Shown here: piece by piece, positions 45,301 through 55,300 of the stretch
How positions within the stretch are numbered: position 1 is the first letter of the stretch
How the letters are laid out: each line of letters begins with the position of its first letter
DNA from: Perna viridis
Taxonomy: Eukaryota
Length of the DNA: 64,000 nt
NCBI GenBank assembly: GCA_037379345.1
Contig: CM074520.1
Span: forward strand, 13,619,488 to 13,683,487
Direction: 5' to 3'
Notes under the pieces: generated by a model
Databases searched by the model: none
Told to the model about the DNA's origin: nothing
The model's input: only the letters and a program-made list of their open reading frames with translations
Program-made: the position numbers and the translations under genes

Positions 45301-46065
45301 AATAATTTTGTCTTTGAATTGAGCATAGGCCAAGCAGACATCAGTACCATGATTGTTATCATGATACTTTATTATATATATTTAGTGTATGACCACTAAT
45401 GACATTGGGTCAATGTAAAAGAGTTGCTATAAAAAATGATGGCCAGAATCCTCGAAAAAGGCATTCCCTCCTAAATAAAAATTCGAATTCCTTTCAAAAC
45501 CTAAAATATCATCATAAAATTTGTTTTAATTTGATAAAAAATTATAAGAGGGTGTATATAAGGATGTTTCTAGCTGTAGTTTTCCCTGCTATCATTTTAT
45601 CAATGTTTTATACGAGCTAATTTTCACTGCAATAGCACTACAGGCAGCAAGTAGCTGTGGCTAGTATTCCAAAATCTCAACACAAGATATTACAATCAAT
45701 TGCGAGATGCGAATCCTTCTGTATTTAAACTCCTTTACCTATCAATGGAATAAACTTATTGAGTTGCGGGTTCAGAGAAAAATTCACCATATATACTGCC
45801 CATACTAGCTAAGGATACTCTCAAACGGTGAACCAATCAACGTATGGACAAGCATCCTGTTTAATAAACTAATTTTTTTATCTACTAATCAAAATTAACA
45901 AGCTGTTAAGTTCGCGTGAGCAATGTTGGCACATTTTTACATCTTGCCGCCAACAAGACCGTTTTAGAACATGTTGATACATGGTCAAAATGTAAACAAA
46001 CCATCTTTTCCCACAATACCTTTTTTATTTGATGTCTTATGGACTTTTGCTTTCTTTTTGACCAT
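15396..46065 (-). CDS. C2CD3: C2 domain-containing protein 3 (centriole distal-end/ciliogenesis protein), 45 coding exons, about 2705 aa
   Basis: Exons (5'->3', minus strand): 46065-46020, 43660-43477, 43106-42900, 42114-42038, 41240-41080, 40543-40336, 40097-39917, 39674-39545, 39228-39112, 38754-38641, 38463-38181, 37940-37736, 37435-37320, 35855-35737, 35389-35225, 34887-34680, 34284-34187, 33987-33858, 33416-33292, 32596-32495, 32078-31992, 31581-31477, 31248-31169, 30469-30408, 30001-29852, 29559-29431, 29088-29000, 28419-28282, 27836-27780, 27522-27436, 27066-26962, 26695-26515, 26213-26091, 25835-25599, 24950-24810, 24298-24187, 23388-23230, 22707-22608, 21995-21772, 20983-20827, 20522-20471, 19698-19571, 19207-18780, 18289-16465, 15581-15396. 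All introns are GT-AG with compatible phases; total 8118 nt. Motifs matching human C2CD3 in order: [137 protein letters not shown]. Exon 1 is the least certain. Confidence 0.95.
16182..16373. mobile_element. Degenerate MITE (CAG...CTG ends) in the last C2CD3 intron
   Basis: Left cagtggtaaaagagtaac versus right gctattttttatcgctg, an imperfect inverted repeat. Internal gtagccca/gtagcca repeats. No clear TSD. Confidence 0.35.
16465..18289 (-). CDS. C2CD3: C2CD3 exon 44, 1825-nt Ser/Asp/Glu-rich low-complexity exon
   Basis: Corresponds to ORF 16456..18282. Acceptor ccttccag before 18289, donor AAG|gtctgt after 16465. Carries the [14 protein letters not shown] motif. Confidence 0.9.
23957..24120. 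other. Assembly gap (164 N) in C2CD3 intron 36
   Basis: Run of N. Flanking exons join in phase (TG|G = Trp), so no exon need be missing. Confidence 0.98.
28738..28875. mobile_element. Decayed copy of a common Mytilus-type interspersed repeat
   Basis: aaggccacccatgggtcttcaa...actggccc resembles, from memory, an abundant mussel repeat (gaaggccaccaatgggtcttcaa...cagctggcccc). Not verified by search. Confidence 0.4.
35855..36315. repeat. Minisatellite, 33-bp unit x14, built from the C2CD3 exon-14 splice acceptor
   Basis: Unit actgggaagtatgacgtattgaacaattattac repeats every 33 bp from 35855 to 36284. The first copy on the + strand is the real acceptor (tacttcccag|TG on the minus strand). Confidence 0.95.
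36361..36380. repeat. (TG)10 microsatellite
   Basis: tgtgtgtgtgtgtgtgtgtg directly visible. Confidence 0.9.
36746..37015. mobile_element. 270-bp MITE with imperfect 15-bp TIRs and 6-bp TSD (ATGAAT)
   Basis: Left cagtcatggcgaaat and right atttcgccaggtctt. atgaat lies at both 36740-36745 and 37016-37021. Many internal tccgg/ccgg/tcgg subterminal motifs; GC-richer than the flanks. Confidence 0.75.
44699..44930. mobile_element. Degenerate MITE-like element in C2CD3 intron 1
   Basis: Inverted ends ctgtgccagggt and accctgagcacag. Internal ggtagtcct/ggactacc motifs in both orientations. Confidence 0.4.
44947..45078. repeat. 67-bp-period tandem duplication
   Basis: gtgatgataag..ttcataccaaatataatagtgttacagttaaa.gatttca.attcaaaatg occurs at 44947 and again at 45014. 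Confidence 0.9.
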
Positions 46066-46373
46066 TTCTGTGATGCATATGATTTATTTCATCATAATAT
46101 AATCCTTGTAGCAGGAATGGGGGAGATGCATTTTGTAAAAACAGTTCTGTTACCATCCAAACATTCCTTTCGTTCTGTCCGCCATTCTGAATCTCGTATC
46201 TCGAGATTTCGAAAAAAAAAATGATTTGTTTTCAATTCAACTACTTTAAATATACTTTCATGCAAAATTAAAAATAATAATGAAAAAAAAATGAAAGATT
46301 TACCCCTTTCCCTATCATTTATTAAAGAAAAAAGAAGGATCGGGCACCTGCAGCTTTGAGATTACGGAAAAAG
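46066..46373. promoter_or_regulatory. Putative bidirectional promoter plus 5' UTRs shared by C2CD3 and PPME1
   Basis: 308 bp between divergent start codons (46065 minus, 46374 plus). Local CpG cluster at about 46171-46212, including the palindrome ATCTCGAGAT. Confidence 0.7.
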
Positions 46374-49300
46374 ATGTCTGCTCTCGAGAGACAAGCATTG
46401 AAAAGTAAACTTGGTGGGTTACCACCTATGCCCCCACCCGGCATTGGGTAAATAATTTAAGAATGAAATTTGGATTAAATTACAAAATTAAACATACTTA
46501 AGTCCAGTATTTTTATTGTTTACATAAGCCTTATTGCCCGATTTAAAGATCAAAATATCAAGTTATCCCCCTTGAACTTTGTTTTTTTTTAGCTCTGTGA
46601 ATACATTGCAAGTAAAATAAATTCCTGATCAATTGAATATTAGAAAGATTTGATTTTAAATGCAAAATAGTTCAGCTCACTTCAGACATTCATATTAGCT
46701 AATTATAATTAGCAAATTTGAAAATTTCGAATAGTTCATTTAACTGCTTAAATACTAAAACAGCAAGTGTACATGTAAATTTCTGATGGGCTGATCAAAA
46801 AAGATTCCAATATTGCCTTCTGATTTTTAGGCGGCAGCCTACAACAGTGTTCTAGGATTACCATTTCCCGTTACCCGTGGAAAGTACTTTTTAGGGTCGG
46901 GAAAGTTTAAAAGAGATGCTAGCTGTCCATGGGCAAGTAAAATTTGCCTGAAGTTTATTTTCATTTGGACTTAAATCGCTCCGATTTATCATGATTATAT
47001 CCCGAATTCTGTTTTAAGAAAGTTTCGCTAAAGAATTTGTGTTTCTTACTCATGATTTTCGACAACATGACATTTTTCATAGATGTTATTTTGGCACTTG
47101 TAATGAAGTGTCTGAACGATAGCGATCATTATCATTATCATTGTAATAAGAAATCGTAAATGGAATCAACAACCTGGATTTGTATTTTCACGTGTATGGT
47201 TGCATTTAATTCACGCTTGGTAAGTAAGAACAAATTATTGTCTTTATATATTGAACAATATTTAACCTAAAATACTTCAATGTATATTTTTTCATGGAAG
47301 TTTTTTTTTCAACTCTGGAATCATTGACAGAATTTGAAGGTGTTGTTACCGCAAATGAGTCTTTTTTTTTTATAATAAAAGTATATTTGGTGGGAAAATT
47401 CAAATGTGAAATGAATTTGGAAAAATTTGGATTTAAATCCTCAAAAGGGGACCCCAAGCCTCCACCTGAAAAGAAAGTTAAAATTGACAAACAAAAAAAA
47501 AAAAAAAAAAGGGATAAAGGGTATAATGAAGAGAAAAGAAGCAGGTAATTTCTGCCCTCCTGGAAATTAACTTACCCATAGCTAGAATATAAGGAGGAGG
47601 ATAAGAAAATGTTTTGTTTGTACTGCAAAGAATATCCAACCCTAGCAGGACATAATAGTTTTGTGTCTGGTTCTACCACCTATCACCTTACCAACAAGGT
47701 CACATGATAGTAGCAAAGGTCATATTCAATGTATATCACGGTACAACACAGACCATTCTGCCACTGATTCCAACAAGCTTGGTGCAATAAAAATGCCTAC
47801 TGATGAGTGCAACGGTAATGTGACAATTGACAAGGCTTTCAGTCAACTTGGTGAAACTGAAAAAAAACAGGATGGCCAATTTGTTCAGAATAGCTTATTT
47901 TCTGGGCAAAGAAGGCAAAACACTAAGTGATATGGAAAAGCAATGTACTCTTGCTAAGTCACTTGGTGTTGATGTTGGCTTTAATTACCACAATGCTCTA
48001 TCTGCAAAGCAGTTTATATTTGCTCAAAACACAAACAAAAGCACTAACCTTAAAAGTATCAGGGAAAGTTAGTATATTGACTGGGAAAGTAGATTTTTAG
48101 TAATGACTTTTCCTTGGAAAGTTGACCAAAAAATCCTAGAACACTGTACAAACCACTAAATCAGATTTCCATTACTTTATTTGTTAGTTTACCCATTTTC
48201 CAAAAATCCTCAATAGTTAACCTAGTGTTTAATCTCGCATATATATATGTTAATGATAAATTTAAATTTATGCGTTCAAAATTTCCCGTCTGCATTATTA
48301 CTTCTGTCATGTCAATTGACCTGTATGCTGTTAGCATTTGGTATAATAATAAATAGAATATAATTAAAATTTATATCATACGAAACCTACACATGTGTTG
48401 TTACTTCTTTCAAACTTTCATTGTTTATTATCTGTTAGTAAAGCAGTGACACTTGAAACTCACTCACCCCTGATTACATCCTGAAAAATCCTGAAACTAA
48501 TAATTCTTTATTTAGACAATCTTTACTATGATCACCATTAAAATTGTTTATTTATGTCCAAAGCAGGATACTTTAAGTTCAGATTTATCAGAGTAAATTT
48601 TTCTTACAAAAAATGTACCATTTATTTTAAACTACAAGAAGATATTTTTTTCAGCAAGTCGTCGGCATTGACTTATCTTCCACTTCGACTTATGTAAAGA
48701 TCTTAAAAAAATGTTAATCTACAAGACATTTTTTAAGATTAGTAGTGTCTTCATCAGGTTTTACAGATACACAGAATTGTTTTTTTAATAAAAATTTCTT
48801 TCAATCAAGTTAATTACTTATGGACCAACATTCTTATGTAGACCTTTGATTATTTATGGACCAGCACTGTTTTGTAGTCGCTTGGTCTTCCAAACCTATT
48901 GTTTTCCCAATCTTATTTTCAGCCCTTACATTGTGAAACAATTTGATTACTTTTGTTGCTAAATAAATGCTGGAAATTCAATATTAGAATAGTCAGGTTT
49001 TGATTTGTAAATAAGGGTGTGTAGCTCAGAATTTACAAAATTTGATTGCATCTTGTGTTTTCAGAATTAAAAAAAAATTTTTCAATTTAAAGTGGGCTCA
49101 GGATAAATAGAGGAAGTAGAAATTTTGTAATTAATGATTTTACTAGACTCAAAAATGGTTGAGAACAAATTATATATTGGTCCTGAGTTACCTGGTACTG
49201 ATTAGAATACATTTAAAGTTTTGAGGATCAAAATTTACCTGGTTTTCTCATGCATATGAAAACCCTGTTTCATCAAACAGATTCTTTACAAACTGCAACC

Positions 49301-52300
49301 AAAAAACTATTATTATTATTTCTATCATACAGTTCTCTATACATGGTGTAATCTAGACACCAATGACAAGAAGTTTTAGCAAATTCTGTTTTATCTGTCA
49401 CAAAAACTTCTCCCTGTCAAAGACAAATTACTCCATTCTACCACTAGATTATGCCCTCTTCCTACATAATTTGTACAAAATAGTCAACATTTTGGAATGC
49501 TTATTTTTCATTATCTATTTCTTAAAAAAGGCAACCCTGATCTTAATGTCAATAACAAGAAAAAATCTGCTAAGTTCTCCATAAACCATATAGTTTAGTG
49601 TTGTTGATTTCAAGTTTAGGAATAACTTACAGAATCTTAGAAGATATTAAATTTTCCATAGCCATATTGCACATATGTAAATAATTATTGGCTTAACCAT
49701 TTTTTCAAACAGGTCTAATTGAATTTTAATTGGTACAGATTTCTGATTAAGAACTAATTAATCACCTTTTGATATTGATTTTAAATCTTTTTTATTTGTT
49801 TATCATTGTCAGGATTTTATATTGCACAGTCCATACATTATGATCTGTTCAGGATTTATTGGGTATATGATATATCCAATGAAAATACGGCTACAAAACT
49901 ATATTTTTTCTACAAAATTCACATTTTAATTAAATACAATAAATTTTACACAATTAAAATACATAAATCATTTACACACATTTACATACTTTTAGATGTA
50001 GAACACAAAATGACTAGAATTGATTTTCCTCGGATTATTTTATATTTACAAAACTAGTACATGACAAAAGGAAAACATTCATTGATAAGTAAATATTTCC
50101 TTAAAAAAAAACCATTGAAATGGGAGTCAAATATTTCAAAGAAAAGTCTATTGATAATTCAAGGTTCAATTACTTTTTGAAAAAAAATTACCCAAGTTTC
50201 ATTTTTGTTGTAGATAGAATTGAAATACAGTGTATCCACTGCTAAAGGCACTTTTTTCCAACATGTAGTGTGATATCAAATTTATGCAGAGGGAAATGTA
50301 CTTCTAGCCCTTAATTTTACTCTTCATATCACCTGCTGATGGTGATATACTGTTCAGTTTACATTTATCTTCAATTAACCAACAAAAATATACTCTTTTA
50401 ATCATAAGCATGAGATGCACAAACTTGATATGTTTCCCATCATAAAAAACAACTTCTATATTTTCAGTGGTCATGGTAAAAGAGCTTTAGGAAGGAAGAG
50501 AGATTATACCCCTATTTATTGGGATCACTACTTTGAACACAAACATGATGTCCAGGTCAAAGAAAATGTATCCTTCTTAATTAAAATGAAAGAAAAAGTT
50601 CTACCATGTCATTTTCTTGGAAACTACCAAGTATGAGTTGCAGTTACGTTCAAATTAACATATTTGCATTTACATATATATTTACATGAACATTTTTTTT
50701 CAATTTTTCATATTTTAAGCTCCTGAAGACATTGAACTAAAAGGATCACATTGGTAGCTCCTATTTGATAAAATAGTTATATAGTGGACTTAAGGGATCT
50801 AAATTCAACTGCAATATCTTAAAACTTATGGTTTTCTTTCTTGGAAATCCAAAAGGCATTCCAATTATAGAACGGACACAAATAGCAGTCATTTGGACCA
50901 GGGGTGCCCAAATTAAAATTTTTCCACAATTTCTTTTCACTTAGAAAGAGGCTTACTAGCTGATAACTAGTCAATAGTCACTTGGTGATTTAAGTGCATG
51001 TATTTCCTTAACCAGCATGAAGACATTCAGGGTATATGAATGTGGCAATGAAGGCCATGTGCTGTTGTTTTTACATGGAGGTGGATTTTCTGCCCTGTCA
51101 TGGGCTCTAGTGTCTGTAAGTACTTGTATATTCACTAGTCTGAATTAATGTAAATTATTTCAAGTTTGAACTATTTTAAATCCAATGACAACTGTAACTT
51201 ATTAGACAGTTTCTTGATGATTATGGTTTTTGCTCTACTTTGTATCATTTCATTTGTAAGAGACAAATAAGTGATGATACATGATGATATATGTAATCAT
51301 TTAATGAGAGCCACCATTAAAAAGACAAGCACAAATTTAAAAGAAAAACCACTGTATTCAAGACTTTGAATGAAACTTTGACATGTACATTTTGCATAGA
51401 TGCTAACATATTCTGTTTATTACAACATTGATAAAACGGCTACTTACTTATTTATTTTAGGTATATTTGATTTGCACTATTTAAGAAAATCTTCAATTCA
51501 TGCATTTTAAAACATTTTTTACATTAAAAGATAATACTAATAATTATAATTATGGTTTTTAAATACCAAACTTGTCTTCATTGTGACTACATGCATTTCC
51601 TTTTAAGTTGTCTTTAGAAAAAAAACTAATAAGATGAGAAAATAACCTTAATTTCAGAAAAACATATCCCATTTAGTAAAATGCAGATGTGCTGCTATAG
51701 ACCTCAGGGGACATGGTATGTATTTAGGGATTTTTACTCTATATATTTTATAATTATATTCATAATATGTCAGAAACTAATGCTGTTTTAAATACTTAAA
51801 CATGATGCAAAAAAAATGTGATCTATCAATGATAATTTTAGTCCATAATTACCTCTACTGTTCACTTGAACACTTGTATCATATGTACACATTTAGCTTG
51901 AGTCATATCACACCAGTAACTTCTTTTGGATTAACTTATAAATCCTTAATTTATGAGTTTTTAATTTTGAACAGAAAGAACTGCTAAATGAAGTCCAGCT
52001 TTTCTCTGATTACAGGAGACTCAGTGACTACTAATGACACAGATTTGAGTTCTGATACCATGTCTAGGTAAACTGTTTCAAACCTATCCTCTTTGTGCCC
52101 ACTATCACAAAAGGTCCCAGTAACTTTCTTAGGTAGTAGTTGGGAAGGTTTTACAATAAAAATAATTAAGTATCTCTCCGTCTATGAATCAGGCAAAATG
52201 TGTATAAGTTGTGGCACATGAAGAAAAAAAAAGCTGAGATTTTATTGCATTAACCAAGTATTTATACCTGATAACCATCAAAGTGTAAGTTTTGCCTTTT

Positions 52301-55300
52301 TAAGATATTGATAGGTGAAGTTTAGTTTAAATGCACCAGGGAAAAATGGTGGGAAAATTTCCCCTCACTTTTTCCTTATATAAGGAAATTAGATATATAA
52401 CTTTTTCTCATTTACATGTTAAATAGTAGGTTGGGAAGTAAACTAAGTTTCAATAAAATAACCCCTGGTAGAAATAATTCATATTGGCAATAACAACAAT
52501 GGGACAATTGTAATAAGTAAAAATCCAAATACATAACCCGAATGTGAAAACAAAAAAATTGAATGAAATTGATATTTGATTTTCTATAATATAACATTGC
52601 CATTTTTAACATTAATGACCCTGCTTCTTTTGAAGTTTTATCAGCATAACATTTGTAATTTCAGTGATATTGGTAATGTTGTGAAGGCCTTATATGGAGA
52701 TGACCCTCCTCCAATTGTACTGATTGGTCACAGGTTTGTATCCATTAAGAAATGTGTTAAATTATCTTGTTTGCTTATGTAGGTCTCATAATGTCAGCAA
52801 GAACCATACTTTTTATTAGGGCTATGCCACTATGTGGCGGATGCCCTCCGGTAAAATCAGTCTGTCTGTTTGTCCTTAACAAATCGTGCCCGGGCTGTAA
52901 CTTTGCTGTCTTTTCTTGTATGCTCTTGATATTTGGCATGTGGGTTGATCAGCTCAAGGTGATGTGTCATATACCATGGTTGATGACTTTTGACCTTGAA
53001 ATTTCAAACATGATTTTGCAATACAAAATCATATCCAGGCTGTAACTTGGTTTTTTTTAGTTAAAGGCTTTTGATATTTGGCATCAGGGTAGACAAGCTC
53101 AAGATAGTATGTGGCATACCATTGTTGATAAACTTTGACTTTGAACTTTGAATCAATGATTTTACAGATTCATGCCCAGGCTGTTAATTTGTCTTTTCTG
53201 TAAGCATTTGGTATTTTGCATTAGGGTAGATCAGCTTAAATTTCTGTTTAATTTTGATCCTCCCAAATATTCATAATGATGTTAATTCGTGATCTAATAA
53301 ATGTAACTTATGACAATGATATCCTTTAATCATTTATGCTGTCTTTTTCAGTATGGGTGGAGCCTTAGCTGTACACACAACAATTAGAAATCTCATACCG
53401 TCCTTAGAAGGTCTTGTTGTGATAGATGTTGTAGAAGGTAAAGCCATTCAAAATTATCCTTTTTTAGTTCTCTGGTCATTTTTTATTTGCCTAAGTTTCC
53501 GATTTTGGCACTTTTATAGATATAATTGGAGATGTTTGATTGATTAACACAAAGCAAGTTGTAATCCCCTACCAAGATATTTTTACACTTTCCCAGTGCT
53601 GAATTGCATTGATTTTTACTTTTAAGTTTTCTGCTTTTTTAGCCTTACAAAAACAGCACAAAATTACAACAGCAGTGAAACAATACTTGCAATTAATGTA
53701 TTTACACATGAACAAGTTTTATAAAGATTTTGTGTAGACGGTAAAACCTATCTAAAACTGAATAACCTAAACCATATACTTTCAATCAATTTTGATTTGT
53801 TTTAAACCTGGGTAAACCAAACACCTCTCTAAACCAGATCAATTTTAAAGTCCAAAAAGGGGTTCGCTTTAGGCAGTTTAGGCACCATATACATGTACAG
53901 ATACATGTTTATCAAACTGATTTTGAAACATCCATATATCATTGCTTTTAAAAAGTGGAAGGTTTTTTTTTTTGCAAAGTTGCATTGAGGAAGATGTTTT
54001 AAAGAATCTCTTCATGAAAAATGTTATCTTAATTTATAATACAAATGCATGTACATAAGCGGATGTTAAATAGAAATGTATGATCTTTTTCTATTAATAG
54101 TAATTTAAAAAAAACATCTATCATTGCAGGCACTGCACTTGAGGCATTGACTAGTATGCAAACTTTCCTCAGGGGAAGACCTACAGTATTTAAATCTCTA
54201 GAGCATGCTATTGAGTGGAGGTACATGGTTTATTTGAAGAATTGTTACAGTCCTCAAAGTATTTAAGTTAAAAGCCATTATGCACTGAAGTTGATATAAG
54301 GCTTGTGAAGAAAATTGTTTTAAAATGTTAGTTACCTGTACAAGCTGGTTATATAAAACAGAAAAAAGTCATTATTTTACCCTTGTAAGTTAATCATGTA
54401 AACTTTCTGAATGTGTAATCTGACTCCAAAAAAGGCTGTTACTGCAAAATCTTAAGTTATTCTGAAACATTTGGCTCAAGTTTTTGATTGTTTACAAGTA
54501 CTTGTATATATAAAGGTATTAAGGTTTACTCAATATTGCACAGACTATTGAATTGACATTTTAGTCCAAATTTTATAACAAAATTGCTGCAAAAGTGCAT
54601 ACGAAATATTTAATTTTAAGGCACACTGTTATAATTTATTATTGTTTATTAATCAATTTCTATTTTGCCCACTATCTTTTTGATTCGTAATATTCTACCA
54701 GTGATCAAATTTAAAGGGAAATAGGTGCTAAATGTAAGTTAAATATCTATTTTGATAGTAGAAATTATTGCCCCTTACTAAAATTTGCTTGCACAATTCT
54801 GTATGTATTAAGTTTTGTTATGTAATAACCCAAGAAAATTTAAGTTAGCAAGTGTATATTTTCAGTAATTGCTAAATTTAGTTAGTGGAAAAGTTTGTTA
54901 AATTCAGTACCTTTATTTTTCTGTAGTGTTCGAGCTGGACAGATAAGAAATGTTGAGTCAGCTAGAATATCAATGGTTGGACAATTAAAGAGGTTAGTAG
55001 TGTTCTGCTAAAGTTTTCTCCTGAGATGATGAAAAGGTACTTGTTTTTAGTTATTTATAACATCAAAGTGTCTTTTAAATATATATATATAGGTTAAACA
55101 AGAAAATCAATTACACTGAAGTATCAGATGTTATAATTTGATAGAGTAGGAATTTTGTAATCCTTTTTTTACCCTATCACACAAAGTGGCAAGGTATTCT
55201 GTGATACCCTCCAAAAAGTTGCGTGTCTGCCTGTCTGTCTGTTCCACAACAGTTTCCAGATGATAACATGAGAATGGATCAAAGAATGTATTTGAAACTT

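Noticed and set aside
48720-48770. CTGATGA on the minus strand followed by a short agaca/tgtct stem, as a hammerhead ribozyme core
   Set aside because: No GAAA after the stem and no closing helices.
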